NCBI RefSeq assembly: GCF_000372725.1
Contig: NW_005201732.1
Coordinates: forward strand, 248,001 to 312,000
Source: Emiliania huxleyi CCMP1516
Taxonomy: Eukaryota
DNA length: 64,000 bases
Direction: 5' to 3'
In this document: in pieces, positions 12,440-28,205 of the stretch
Position numbering within the stretch: position 1 is the stretch's first letter
Layout: each line of letters opens with the position of its first letter
Made by a program: the position numbers and the translations under genes
The notes under the pieces: model-generated
What the model was told of the DNA's origin: nothing
The model's input: the letters and a program-made list of their open reading frames with translations, nothing else
Databases searched by the model: none

Positions 12440-13394
12440 CTATATCCCCGAGGGCTGCTGCGCATGCCGCCACAGCGAGGGGACCGGGGTGATGTGCAAG
12501 TTTAGGTCTGGGATCGCTTCGCCGTCCTCCTGCTCGTCGGCGTGGAGCGGCAGCGGAGCACCGACGAGGCCGCCGCAGCACTGACGGCCGCGCTTCTCCG
12601 CCAGCATCAGCTCCTGAGGCGAATCAAGGGCACGATAACCGTGTCCACGCGCTAATGTTGGGACACCTCCGCGTCTCTCTACGTCTCGGGAGCCCCGCAC
12701 ACCACCCACCAAGTGCAAAGGGCAAGCCGGGCTCACCTTGAAGCCCTCAAAGCCAAAGGAGCCCAGGACATCGAGATTGAGCTGCTCGCCGAGTGCCGAT
12801 GGGCCCCGCTCCAGCAGCTCGGCACAGAAGGCTGAGAAGTCGAGGCCGACGACCCGCGCGGCGAGGGCCTTCTCGATGTGCGCCTCGAGAACCGCCACGT
12901 ACCTGGTGACGGACGGTGCGAGTGATCGCAAACCCTCCCCCAAACGGTGGTGCGGGCCGATATCTCTCGTGTGAGAGGCGGTGTCTGTGCTTCATCGCCA
13001 CAACGCGCACCTCTCAAAGATGGCGGTGTACTCCAGCTTGTTCTCTCCCTCCTCAAATTCATCACAGTGTGCTGAGAGGAAGCCGCCAACCTCCTCCTCA
13101 AAATGAGGCTCCATCATCACCTGGCAACCAGAGAGACATGCTGGCACTGGTCTGTGAGCTCTGGAACTGGACGTGTTGGCGTGGTTGGCGAATGGGCGCC
13201 TGCTCCAGCTGCAGCAGGACGGCCTCAAAGGAGGAGGAGCCGCCCGGACCGGCGTGCTCCGTCAAGACTTCCTCCTCCTCCTCAGAGCCCTCGCCGACGA
13301 ATCCACCGTCCACCAAGTCATTCTCTAGCCCGTCAAAGGCCACGCCCGCGACGAGCGGGTCGGACGGAGGCGTGGAGCGGGGCAGCACCGCCAT
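12440..13394 (-). CDS. BART/ARL2-binding-protein (ARL2BP/CFAP36-like) domain protein, multi-exon
   Basis: Exons read MEPHFEEEVGGFLSAHCDEFEEGENKLEYTAIFER / YVAVLEAHIEKAL...FSAFCAEL...FEGFK / ELML, matching the ENKLEYT..F..Y..LE BART signature. Confidence 0.75.
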
Positions 13395-13788
13395 GTGTCT
13401 GGCACACGCGGCAAGACCGCCGACGGAAAGGTGGATTGTAACCGACACGGGACCGGAACGGACGAAAGATTTTGGATTCTTTTTATTCGCTCCCCAGTTC
13501 TTTCAAGAAAGAAAGAATACACAGCAAGGGAGGGAGGAGCACTCTCCATCCATCCACGAACGAGCAACTCGAACGAGGCGCAAGAAAAGAAAGAAAACAC
13601 GCAACCAGGGAGGGATGGGAGGACGGCACGCCGCCACCACACAGGGATTTTAAGGAGAGCGGGTGTGATGCCTCCACACCTGGTCGTGCGAGGGAGTTTT
13701 GTAAATTCGGCTCCGCAAATTCTTTGGCGATCAAATTCTTTTGTTGACTTTCGGCAGTCTCCTCGACTCTCCGCGGCCTGAGCTCAGC

Positions 13789-15471
13789 ATGCGGCTACCA
13801 GCAGCGACGACGTCGACGAGCCTTTCCTACCAGTATTACCCACTCACAACGGGCCGTCACTGTCCTATCCTACTCAAGAACGGGAGGAAGCGAGCAGCCA
13901 TCCGCAAGTTCTTCCGTGGGCCCGTCACCTCAAACCATGCGGCGCCGACTGCCATCGCTGTGCCTCCTCCTCCGACAGTAGTTGCCGTTCCCATCTCCTC
14001 GCCGCCACCACCGCCACCGCCGCCGCCGCCGCCACCACCACCAACGTTGTCGCCGCCACCGCCGCTACCACCTCCGCCGCCTCTGTCGCCGCCGCCGCCG
14101 CCACCTACTGCGCCAGCACCCGGCTCAGTGGAGGCTCTTGACGAGCTCCACACCTCGAAGAGCTACGAGACGCTGTACGAGCACCTGGCCGCGCGCGACG
14201 ACGCCGCCGAGCTCCATCTGGCGTGGCGCTTTGCCCGTGCTCACCACGACCTAGCCGACTCGTTGCCAGAGGTCTGAGACGTGAGAGGGCAGTGGCTATA
14301 TGCACACCACCCCGACGCCAGCCGCGACCCCGCCGCCGGCCGCAGGCGGACAAGGGCCGCAAGGAGGCGCTGCTCCGCGCAGGCCTGGCGGTGGCGGAGG
14401 CGGCCCTCGCCCGCGCCGAGGAGGGCGACGCTGAGAGCGCCCTCTGCCACAAGGCGCCGAGACGGGACGTCGCCGAGATTCGCCGAGATGCGAGTGGCGC
14501 CGAGATCGTGTCAACAGTTGTGGCGAGATGCCAGCAGCTTCGCCACAACAGCTTCGCCGCCGCCCTCGCCGCCGCCCTCCTCCGCCCTCCAACGCCCAGC
14601 ACCGCCGCCTCTGACTGCTGCCCCTGACCGGCGCAGTGGGTTGGAATCTTGCTCGGCGCTCTCGGCACCTACCTGCCGACTAAGGAGAAGGTGGCCAACT
14701 CGTTTCGCATCCGCGACGCGCTGCAGACGGCGGCGGAGATGCGGCCGGCGGACGGGTCCGTCCAGCTCGCGCTCGGCGAGTGGTGCTTCAAGGTGCGCTC
14801 GGCCGCTGCGGGCCAGGAGAGAGAGAGAGGGTGGGCCGACGGGTCCTCTACTTCCCTGCAGCCCTTGGCGTGTCGCACGTCGGTGCCCGGATACCCTCTC
14901 CCAAAGTGGGCACCCACTCGGACCCCACTCGGACCCCGCAGGTGGCTGGCATCGGTTGGGTCGAGGCGAACGCCGCGAAGCTGCTGTTTGGGCAGGCGCC
15001 CGAGTCGACGTACGCAGAGGCGCGCTCGAGACTCTAGATGCGGACCGCGCATCTTGGTATTCTGGCGAGCACTCGAGACCTCATCTCGAGCTCGTGCACG
15101 CCCACGAGGCGCCGGAGTGCAGTGCACGAGATTGTGCTACAGCCGAGCCGTGTGTTCTCTTACATCAGGCGCTCGACTACTACGAGCGGGCTTGGGAGCG
15201 CAAGCCGAGCAAGAAGGTGGAGAGTGGCCGAGAGGGAAGGGGAGACGATTGGAGAGCGGTCGAGAGCGGTGGGGATGCGGCGCACACGCTCCTCCACCTT
15301 CTCACTGTGGAGACCGCCACCCGATCTCAGGCCGCGTACAAGGCGAGCCTCGCTTGCGACAAGCTCTCGCGCGGCGCAGACTCGGCGGCCTGGCGCACGC
15401 GTGCGCTCGAGCTGCCCGGCGCCGGCGCGGCCGACGCTGAGATCGACCGACTCGCTGCGGCGGCGAGATAA
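13789..15471 (+). CDS. Regulator of microtubule dynamics (RMD1/RMDN/FAM82-like) TPR-like protein, multi-exon
   Basis: LAWRFARAHHDLA, ALCHK-W-GILLG, KEKVANSFRIRDAL...P.DGSVQLALGEWCFKVAGIGWVE...LLFGQAPESTYAEALDYYERA. Confidence 0.8.
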
Positions 15472-15884
15472 CACGTTTGGCCGGGGGGCGCGGCGGGCGG
15501 CACTAGTCGCACGGGCCGCGCCAGTCGACGCCAGCGATCGCCAGCTCCGACCGCGTTTCGCACACCGCTCTTTGGCCTTTGCCCAGCCCCGGACGTTCAG
15601 ACTTCAGTGTCACGAGTAGGAGTACGTCGGTAGCGAGCAGCATGATCATTGGTGTGTGGGGTTCAACGTAGCGAATGAGTCAAATTCTCAAAAATACAAG
15701 CGCACTACATCAGAGGGACACAGGCAGCCAACCCTCCCGCGCTGAGGCCTGAGGCTCAGCCGCTCGGTCCCGGTCGCACACGCGCCGACGCGGCCGGCCC
15801 TTGGCAGTTTCGCACACATGCGCGATCCCGCGGAGAGCGATCTCTAGGCGGGAGCGGCACGCAAGCTGTGCCCCGACCGCGTGC

Positions 15885-18400
<2,516 letters not shown>

Positions 18401-18409
18401 TCAGGTAGC

Positions 18410-18870
18410 AAAACAGACAACCCAAGGGAGGGATGGGAGGACGGCACGCCGCCACCACACAGGGATTTAAGGAGAGGGGTGTGATGCGCTAGCCGTCGCC
18501 CACCCTTGGGCGTCCGCCTCTTCCTATCTCTCTAAAGAAAGAAAGAAAACAGGCAACCCAAGGGAGGGATGGGAGGACGGTACGCCGCCACCACACAGGG
18601 ATTTTAGGGGAGAAGTGTGGTGTTAGCCGTCGCCCACCCTCGGGCGTCTACCACTTCCTATCTCTCTCCGCAGTTTATCACCAATTCTTGCAGCGACCTT
18701 CATGCCACCTCGCATTCTTCTCACTCTCGTCGTTCTCTCTCCTGCTGTCTCTTCCCCTCTCTCTTCGCAGTACCAGTAGTCTCTCTCCGATTCTCGCTGC
18801 GACCTTCGTGCCACCTCGCGGTCGCCCCCTTCTCGTCGTGCTCTCCCTTGTCGCTTCTTCCTCTGTCGCG
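18410..18870 (+). repeat. Dispersed intergenic repeat family (longest copy, internally duplicated); other copies at about 4864-4880, 6860-6900, 13595-13670, 22018-22225, 39147-39262 and 52032-52055
   Basis: Shared core ACCCAAGGGAGGGATGGGAGGACGGCACGCCGCCACCACACAGGGATTTTAA and an adjacent CTTCCTATCTCTCT...GTGCCACCTCGCGG segment. Confidence 0.9.
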
Positions 18871-19382
18871 TCGCTCTCCGCGGGGACAGGCCCTCCAACC
18901 AAATTCGGGTCGGAGCGTAGCGGACTAGCGGAGTGAGTGGGCCCCGAGTTTGAAAAGGGCGACGGACGCTTGCGTCCTAGCCTCCAACAACGCCTCCCCG
19001 GCGCAGAGGGGCCCCCGGAGGGATGCACAACCGACCCACGCCACGCCGCTTGCTTGCGGCGGTCCTCTTCGTCTCTCCGCTGCGCAACGTGATTCCTTTG
19101 CGAGGCGCCGTGAGCAGAAAACGATTTTCGCCGCCCGAGAACCATTTGGCTCTTATTTTTACACCCATCTTCGCTCGAGCCCGGCATGTCGCTGCGCTAT
19201 TCGGTTCGCCGCGGCAACCCTGGAGACGAGGCACGGGTGGGCGACGCCGACGCGGACGAAGGCGCATCTAGCTCAGGCTGGAAGGCTGAGATTGAGTCCA
19301 TCACCAACGGTGCGGTCGGCCGCAAAACTCGCCGCCACCTCCTCTGTCTGCACTGAGCCTCCTCGCACTGCGCCCTCTGCAG

Positions 19383-20774
19383 GCACCCACCCGGCGCTGG
19401 TGGCGGAGTTGGCGAGCCACAAGGCGACGATGCAGCAGCAGATTACGCAGGCGGAGGCGCTGAAGAATGCGCAGACGAAGAACGTGCTCGCGCTATTCGA
19501 GTGCGACAAGAAGCAGGTCGATGATGAGTACAAGGTGCACCACGCCTCGCGTCGCCGCCGCCGCCGCCGCCGCCGCCGCCCGCCGCCCGCCGCCCTTCTC
19601 GCCCGCGCGCGCGACCGGCCGCGCGTGCCATCACCTGCGCCCCCGCTCCGCATCTGCTGACCCAACCCGCGTGCTCCCGCGCTGCGCAGGCACAGCTCGA
19701 GTTCTTTCAGAGCCGGCTAATCGACTCGCTGGAGCAGAAGCAGCGCGCGATGGCGAGGCAGGTCGGCTTCAAGCACGGCCGGCGCCCGGCGGACCCCGCC
19801 AAGGGCGACGCCAAGGGGGGGGAGGGCGACGCCAAGCGCGCCAAGGTGGTGTGCACTCCTCGCCGCCGCCCTCCCGGCCGCTGCTTCCCGCTGCCTCTCT
19901 CCTCCCTGCACCCTCTGCCCCGCCGCCGCTCACTGCCCTGCGTCCGTCGCCGCTGCCCTCGCTTGCTGTTGCGCTCTCGTTGCCGCTCGCCCCTCCCTTG
20001 CTGCCGCGCTCACTCGCCGCCCTCGCCCGCCGTTTCCCTCACTCTCGCCGCGCTTGCCCGCTAGGCGGCGCCCGGGCCGAGCGTGAACTACATGCTCAAG
20101 CCCGAAGAGTGCAAGGCCGACATCGAGGAGATCTTGAGGGCGCGCCGCCGCCGCCCGGCCGGCCGCGCCACGCCTCGCGCGCCAACCCGCCGCCCTCGAC
20201 TCACCCGCGGCCCTTCTGCCTTGCAGAATGTGGACCACTACACAGTGCGCAGCGCCGCGATGGCGAGCGGGGACGCGCACGGCGGCAACGAGGTGTGGTA
20301 CGACCGGAGCCGGCTGCAGCTGCATTGCCACGGGCACAGCTTTGAGCGAAACGGCGCCGTCCTCGTCTATCAGCACGGGCAGGTGGCGAGACGCTCCCGA
20401 GACGCTCTCCGAGACGTTCCTAGACGCTTCAAGACGCTTCCCACCCATCATGCGCCTCTGGATGGCGTCCGCGTCTCTGCGTGCACCCTCTGCTCGCGCC
20501 GCCGCGCCCGCTGACACGTCGGCTGACACGTCGGCTGACACGTCCGCCTCCGCGTCCTCGCAGCGGCTGGAGGACGAGTGGACCATTTCGGCGATGAATG
20601 CGGTCGAGACGACGCTGCGGGCGCGCGGCGCCTGCGAGGTCCGCGCCGTGCGGCGGCGCCCGCCTCACCGCCCCCTCCCCCCACCTTTGCCCGCAGGCGA
20701 GCGATGGCGCCAAGCTCAAGGTGACCCTCTCGCAGCTGCGCAGCGGCCGCTACTCGCTCAAGCCGCCTATGTGA
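19383..20774 (+). CDS. SDS3/BRMS1-like Sin3-HDAC complex subunit, multi-exon (5' exon uncertain, possible ATG at 19186)
   Basis: N-terminal coiled coil, VNYMLKPEECKADIEEILR, and C-terminal beta region WTISAMNAVETTL...ASDGAKLKVTLSQLRSGRYSLK. Confidence 0.6.
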
Positions 20775-21358
20775 GCGAGCAGCGGTGGCGGCGGCGGTGC
20801 GCCGACGCCTCGGGGAGGTTTGCTGGGAGCGCCGGCGCGTGGCCGCTGGTTGGGGGGGGCGCTCAGGCTCTGCGGGCTGAGAGTTGGCGCTGGCGGCGCT
20901 GGCGCCACGCCCGCATTGCCCCCGTTTTTTCTGCGCTGCGCGGGCGGCGCGGGGCCGCTTACCGGCCCGGCTGCTCACTTGCTGTGCATTTGCACAGGGT
21001 GCCGTCCGGCTCGCTGGGCTTGGGCTCGCGCGGACCCGCTCTCGAAAAAGGAGGCGGGCGCGGCGCCTCGGCCTTGGCATAAATCATATCATTTAATTGC
21101 TTATTGGGTGTCCGCGGCCCCCCTGTGCGACTGCGAGCAAGCGAGCTGCCCCTGCCTGTCAGTGACGACGCGTGTTTTTTATGTTCTCGCCAAGTTGTCA
21201 CACCCGCTTCTCACCAAGTTGTCACACCCGCATGCACCCTCCACACTGTGATAGTGAGAACCGCGGCAGAACCGCCACGGGAGCAGGATCGACGTGCGGT
21301 GTCTTCTGTCTGTACATCTGCGGCCCCGACCGACTGACCGGCCCCTCCCAGCGGCTCA

Positions 21359-21915
21359 TCACGACCAACCACCGTGCATCTCGGACACGGGGACGAGTCT
21401 CCTCTCGCGCATGCAGAGGCCAAGCAGGTTGAAGCCCGGGCACGCAAAGCACCCGACGATGAGGCAGAACCTAGCAGCCAGGCGCGGGGCGGGTGAGCTT
21501 TGCAGACCACCCGTCGCCATCCAGCGCAGCCGGCACTCACCAGCCCGCCGGCGAGATCTCCTCCACCTCGACCAGACGGACCTGCGGCCCGTGCAGCCCC
21601 ACTGGCTGGCCTGGCACACCGACACCCATCGAGACCACCGGCGGATCCTGCGCACCCACCCCCGGCGAAACCGGAACACCCTCCACCGCTGCGCCCGGCG
21701 ACATCAGCGGCACGACGACCTATGCGGGCGAGGTATTGCTGTGCCACGGTGCAGTGCGCGACGCTGCCTCTTACGGTTGTAGCCTGGATCGTCTCTCCCG
21801 GCCGAACATCCGGAGGGCACTGCACCGCCATAAGCGCTCCGCCAATCTGAACCTGAAACGCCTGGCCAGGCGCCACGCCCGCTGGGACGCAGACCTCGTA
21901 GAGCTGCTCTTCCAT
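21359..21915 (-). CDS. Small hypothetical protein with Cys-rich hydrophobic C-terminal segment, spliced
   Basis: MEEQLYEVCVPAGVAPGQAFQVQIGGALMAVQCPP...; last exon FCLIVGCFACPGFNLLGLCMRERRLVPV. Confidence 0.45.
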
Positions 21916-22999
21916 GATATACAAAAGGCAAGCGACCACACGCGCGTCGGGGGCGGCAATCGGAAGAATTCTACGAGGGGCCCCGCAGCAGACTGGCACA
22001 AACTACTGGAAATGACAAGGGAGAGAACGACGAGAGTGGGACGACCGCGAGGTGGCATGAAGATTGCAGCGAGAATCGGCGAGAGACTGCGAAGAGAGAT
22101 AGGAAGAGGCAGACTCCCTAGGGTGGGCGACGGCTAGCGCGCCACACACCTCTCCTTAAAATCCCTGTGTGGTGGCGGCGCGCCGTCCTCCCATCCCTCC
22201 CTTGGGTTGTCTGTTTTCTTTCTTTCTGGCACAAACTAGCACCACAAAAGGCACAGCAATCGGAAGAATAACCCGGCTTGGGGAATGTGAGGTTACCAAG
22301 AGCACTCCAAGTGCTCCAAGTGCCCCTGTGAGGTTGATGACTGCACTCCAAGTGCTCCGCGCAAGAAGAATTTCAAAAAAGTCGAGAAAAAACAAAAAAG
22401 TTTGTTTGATTTCTTTCTAGCTTATACGGAAGAGTTACTCGAGTACAAATCAAGTCTCTCCGTCTCACACACGAGCCGACATGCACGGCACAGACAGGTG
22501 AGGAGTAGCGACTCATTAACACAGCTCACAGGCAACCCAAACAAGAATTCCTCGAGCAGATCCCTCCCACCCAGAACCGAACCAAAACAGAGAAACCTCT
22601 TCCTCGAACCAAAACAGAGTCAGAGAGACCTAGTCCTCGGAGAGAGAGAGACAGGACAGAGTAGTGGTCTTGTAGTGGGTCTCGGAAGCTCTCCTCTCGG
22701 GCTAGGAGCCAGCCCCTCTCCCTTGCCCCCGGAACACTGTGTCCGAGTCGAGGCGTGTGCTTGCCGGTCGACGGCCGCGCGCGGTTGGCATTGTGACGAA
22801 GGTTGCGCGCGGCCGCGGCGCGCCCGCCATGGTTCGGCGCGGCGCGCCTACCAGCGGCAATTGTCGAGGCACGGGAACACTTACCCGGGGTCATCCTCTG
22901 AGCCTGGTCGTCGGCGCCGCGATGCCACGGCGGCGTCGGCGTCGCTGTTCGTCCAAGTTCTGGGTGTGAAGCCACCACCGACTTCGTGCAGAGAGACGT

Positions 23000-24227
23000 A
23001 TGCTCCTCGCCGCTAGCCCGCAGCTCTTCACTCCAGTCGTCGCGCCGCCGTGCCCGACGCCCGCGGCTGGCAGCCTTGCCGCAGCATACCCGCTCGAGCC
23101 GCACGAGCTCGCTGGCCCATCCGCCGTGCAGCACGCGTGCTCCCTCGAGCGATACCTCGAGCGCCAGCCGCTGCCACCACATACACACGATGCGTTTGGC
23201 GAGCTCACTGCGTGGCTCGACGCGGCCGGAGAGCGGCCGCTCATCCTCGACTCGGGCTGCGGCACCGGCTTATCCACCCGAGCGCTGGCGCTGGCGCACC
23301 CGCAGTCGCTCGTCCTCGGCGTCGATCGGTCTGGCGATCGGCTCGGCCGGCGACTCGGGCCGCACAAAACAGGCAAGGACGCCGTCCCGCCCAACGCGCT
23401 GCTGCTGCGAGCAGAGCTCGCGACGCTGTGGCGCATGCTGCAGATGTCTGGCCGTCGCGTTGGCAGCCGCTTCCAGCAGTTGTGACCGCCCTCCCGCCCT
23501 CCGCCCATCCGTCTCATCCTGCGATTTTTGGCTCACAGACCACCACCTGCTGCTCTACCCCAACCCGTACCCGAAGCCGCGCCAGCGCGGCCGGCGGTGG
23601 CACTTTCACGCCTCGCTCCCGCTCCTGCTGGCGCTCGGCGGCTCGCTAGAGGTGCGCTGCCCGGCAGCCTCTCTCCACGCACCCCTCCGCCGCAAACTGC
23701 ACTCCCGCGGGCCTCAAAAAAAAAGGTGCGGTCCAACTGGCTGCCCTACTTGCTCGAGTTTCGCGCCGCCGTGCAGGCGATCACATCCTCCCTCCCGGCT
23801 CGCCCCCTCGGCAACTCCCTCCACACACCCCACCCCCACCCCGGCTGGCTAGCAGGCGGTGGCGGCGTCTCCTGCTGCCCCGCCGCACGTGCGACAGGCG
23901 CGCCGCGCCGCCGACGCCCCGCCTCTCCGCGCGCCACCCGCCTCCCCGCACCCACCCGCCTCTCCGCGCCTCCCGCAGGCTGCGGCGCGCAAGCTGCCGC
24001 TCGGCCTCACGCGCGCGAGTCTGCCGGCGGCGGAGGACGGGCTGACTCTGTTTGAGCGCAAGTACTGGACGTCCGGCGAGGGCCTCTACCGGCTCGCGTC
24101 GCCCGGTGCGCTTGAGCCAGTCAGCGGCCGAGTGGTGCGTCAGTACCTCGAGGCCCTGGGCGGGCGGCGAGAGGTTGCCAGAGCGGCTGCCGAGTCGTGT
24201 GCCGACGGAGTGGCGCAAACACCGTAA
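23000..24227 (+). CDS. tRNA (guanine-N7)-methyltransferase TrmB-like SAM-dependent methyltransferase, multi-exon
   Basis: PLILDSGCGTG (SAM motif I), VLGVDRS, NALLLRA, LLYPNPYPK...RRWHFH, LEVRSNWLPY, TLFERKY. Confidence 0.8.
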
Positions 24228-25592
24228 AACATGGCTGCACTGTGTACCCCTTTGGGTGGTCAAAGCTTCGTATCTAATGAAGTGAGGGACCACCTCGTCC
24301 GCCACACTTGCTCCCACTTTGATATCATTGATAGATGATAGAAAAAAGGCGCGAAGAAGAACAGCGCCAGGCTCGGACTGGACACCAACGCGGTATGGGT
24401 GGACGCGAGACATATGTTGATGACGAGCTCTGGGGGGGGGGCGGGGGCCCCCGGAGGCACCGTGCGCCGCGCAGCAGTCCGTGCGCAGTGCGGAAACGGG
24501 GCCCCGGCTCTCTCTACTAGTCTCTACTAGCACCGACTTCCCGATCTAACCCGGTCTAACAGAGGGCAGATTTGGAGAGATCTCGAGGAGTACATACAGA
24601 TAGACCCTCCAACCATCAGAAAACTCCGACCTGATCGGTCGTACTGACCGCCGACAGATCACTCCAGACAGCAGACAGGCCGAAGTCTGCACGCGGCCGG
24701 CCGGGCGAGAGGCTTGACACGATCCGACCCTGCGACCCTGACGCTGCTGCTCTAGCTATCAGACATGCACTACTGACTGCTGCCACAATGTGCGACCGGT
24801 GCTGGCCCACTTGGCGGCCTTCCCGTCAGTGGTGAGGCGCAGTTCAGAGCTGTCGATGGCGCGATGCCGCACTGGTCCCACATTGGTGACACGAGACCAC
24901 CACGTTTGCCGGTCCAAGAGAGAGATTCCGGCGCTGTCGTGAGAAGGTGCATGGTCCCTCTTGACTGCGCATGCGCGCGAGGCTGCGTAGGCATAGCCTC
25001 GAGAGTGCCAGCAGCCAATCCGAGGCATTTTGTGACGCGCATTGCGTCAGAAGCGTGCACTCGCTGGAAGGACACCTTCCTACTGGCCGTACGATCAGGT
25101 CGTCACTGAATGCTGGAGACTAAGGCCGCGAGCTATGCAGGTGGTCAATTGTGCAGCTTGGCACGGTCAGCAGCGCCGACAGGCTGTCGCAAGGCGTGAT
25201 AGCATCGACCATGGTTGGTCGCAATGCGCGAAATTCTCATGAAACAAGCAGAAAATCGCGCAAGAAAAATGCCAAAAAATCATGGCCATGGGACCCCATC
25301 TCCCCCCGCATGGGTGCCCCCTAGGGGGCCCGCCTCCCCCCAGACAGAGATGACGAGATGATGACACGCTCGAAGCGACACAAAGACAAACAAGCTCACA
25401 AGACACACAGCCAGCGGGCTGCCACACACCCTGAGTGGGCGTACACATCACTCAGGGCCACGTCCCCCCTGTCGCCCCCCCCCAGCACTCAATGCCCACT
25501 CATATGATGAGCGCGCGCGGTCCCCCTCGCCAGTGCTGGAGGCGAACCTCCCGAATACAAGTCCGTGTTCCCGCTTTTTTTGGCTCGGACGA

Positions 25593-27246
25593 ATGGACCT
25601 CGCTGTCTGCTCTGAGGACCGCAGCGGCTTGCTGAGCCGCCTTGGCCGGCAGCCGCTGGCGCAGCTGGCGAGCCTCCCCTCCGGCTCTCCTGCCGCCGGC
25701 GCGACCGCCGAGGGCTGCCTCCTGCTCCGCGACGATGCGCACACCTCGGCGGAATGTGAGGACGCCGGCGCCCGATGCGCCCGGCCGGCCAGAGCCTCTC
25801 AACCCCCCGCGCGCGCGTCCCACCCCGCGCAGACGCCGACGAGTGCCGCCGCTACCGCCTGGGCGTGGCGTCCACGCTCTTTGCGCAGGCGGCGCTCAAC
25901 GCGGCCGAGGCGGTCGAGCAGGCGTGCCGGCGCGGCGCGCTGCTCTCCACGGGCATGGCGCCGCTGGACGAGGCGCTGGGCGGCGGGCTTCAGACCGGCG
26001 AGGTGGTCGAGCTCGTCGGCGCCTCGGGCAGCGGCAAGTCGCAGGCGTGCATGGCGATCGGCGCGCGGCAGCTCGCCGCCTCGGACTGGCACGTGCTGTA
26101 CATCGACACGGCCCTCTCCTTCACGGCGGAGCGGATGCTGCAGCTGGTGCAGCTCGAGCTGTCCGAGGCGACGCCCGCCGCCGGCGCGGACGGCGGCGCC
26201 GCGGCCGCAGCCGCCGACCCGCGCCAGCTCGGCAAGCGGCGGCTGCGGGAGCGGCTGCGCGTCGTGTCGGAGGCGCAGGACGTGCTCGGCGCGTGCTCGG
26301 CGCGTGCTCGAGTCGTTGGGCGTGGAGCCGGCGCCTGGAGCTCGCCGGAGGCGTCCTGTAGGCCTGCTCTGCGTGCTCGAGTCGCTCGTCGCGGAGCTCT
26401 CGAGCTGCACCGACGGAGGGTCGTGGTGTGCAGCGATACTTCCGAGACGCTTCCGAGACCCTTCCGAGACGCTTCCGAGACCCTTCCGAGGCCCTTCCGA
26501 GACCCTTCCGAGGCCCTTCCTGCCCTCGCCGCCGTCTCCACTCGCCTGCGAACGACACCTGCGCCTCCACCCTGCCCGCACCGCCGCCGCCGCAGACACG
26601 CCCGCAGACACGCCTCCTCACACGCCCACGACGCGTCCGCAGGTACCGCCGCCTCAAGCTGCTCATCGTCGACTCGGCCTTCGCGCCTCTGCTGTCCGAG
26701 GCGGCGGAGGACTCGCGCTCCCTCGCAGGCGCGCAGCTCGCGCGGCTGCAGCTGCTCCTCCGCCAGCTGGCGGCGCGCTGGCAGCTCTCCGTCCTCGTTA
26801 CCAACGCGGCCCCCGCCGGAAGCAACGTCCGCCCGCCTCGGCCACGCGAGGCAGACTCGCTGAGCCTTCGGGGAAGCGTCTCAGAGCCTTCCTGTAGGTC
26901 CGCCCGCCGCTCGGCCACGCGTGGCAGCACACCGCCCACGCGAGGCTCGCGCTCCAGCTGCCGCCGCGCCGCGCCGCCGCCGCCGCCGCTTCGCCCGTGG
27001 CGGAGGCGGAGGAGCGCGCCCGGCTGGTGAGCTGGCTCACCGTGCGGCGGAAGTCGCACGCGGCGCGCCACCACGCCGACCCGTCCAGAGGCACGCCGCC
27101 GCCGGCCCTCTCGCTGCGACTCTGCCGCGCGACGCACCGCCTGAGCGTGGCGGCCGGCTGACCAGAGGGCTCGCCGGCAGCGCGCGGCCGCCGCCCCGAC
27201 CCCCTCGGCCTGGGAGCCGCGGGACTGCCGCGACTGCGGGCTGTGA
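25593..27246 (+). CDS. RAD51D: RAD51 paralog, RAD51D-like, multi-exon
   Basis: LSTGMAPLDEALGGGLQTGEVVELVGASGSGKSQ (Walker A), VLYIDT..SF.AER, LKLLIVDS (Walker B), VLVTN, RPPLGHAW. Confidence 0.75.
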
Positions 27247-27553
27247 GGCGCGCACGGTGGGGGCAGTGAAAAGTTACAACGTCTTGAGGCCACGTGGCGC
27301 AGCGTTCCCACATGTGCATGCACATGAACAGCGGACAGCGTCCCGGCGCCGGTGCACGAAGCGTTCGCTCGTGTGCCGGCGCGCGCGAAGTATGGGCTAC
27401 TGTCGGTGAACCTTCTTTTCTACCAGGCTAGGATTGCTCTCAATCCTAGAAGTCGAAGGATTGTGAGCAGCACTCCTCGGACGCGGCTCGCAATCGTAGC
27501 ATCTCTGTGGCTGTGCGGTGTGCGGCGATTGTGAGCACCCCCACGCCGCCTCG

Positions 27554-28039
27554 CTTAGGGTACCCCTAGGCTTAAAAGGGTGGGCCCTGGGGCGCCTGCG
27601 GCTTAAACGGCTTAAAACCGGCCTAGGCCGGTTTTAAGAGCTGCTGGGCCTCCGATTCCTTAAACGGTCTTAAACGCTTAAACGCTGCGGGAGAGCTCCC
27701 GAGGTCGATGGTCCGGGAGGCTCCCCACAGACGCCGGAGGCCGGGAAGCTGGCTACAGTCAGCTGGCACGCGTCCCCTATGCGAGTATGGCTCCTGCCAG
27801 TGCACCAGACTTACAGATGTGTCTTCAGAGGCGGGTTTGTGCCTAATAACGGCAGTATTGGAGAAAACGGCGCCGAACGCAGCGACGCGTGCCGGTGAGG
27901 CCGATTTTCTTAAACGGTCTTAAAAGAGGGACCCCCCGTGCCTGCAATCTCTTAAATGACAATTTGAGCCCCCAAACCTCCTCATTTCTTAAAAGGTCTT
28001 AAAAAAATCCGGCCCTCAGAACCCTAGGGGTACCCTAAG
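27554..28039. mobile_element. MITE (~485 bp) nested in the left TIR of the outer element
   Basis: TIR CTTAGGGTACCCCTAGG / CCTAGGGGTACCCTAAG, flanked by direct repeat CCGCCTCG (8 bp; can also be read as 10-bp GCCGCCTCGC); internal TTAAA-rich motifs. Confidence 0.85.
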
Positions 28040-28205
28040 CCGCCTCGCAATCCTACATCTTCTAGGACTAAGAGCAGCTCCGCTCCCAATGACTGGTGAC
28101 GCTTACGACTACTACCAGCGCGCTCGCAATCCGAGCAAAGTCTAGGATTGCGAGCAGCTTGGCTCACAATCCTAGCACGATGCCGCTCCGAATTCGAGCA
28201 GTAGC

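Noticed and set aside
24530..25530. Possible element between the TrmB-like and RAD51D-like genes
   Set aside because: Different composition and short palindromes, but no TIR/TSD pair or credible ORF found.
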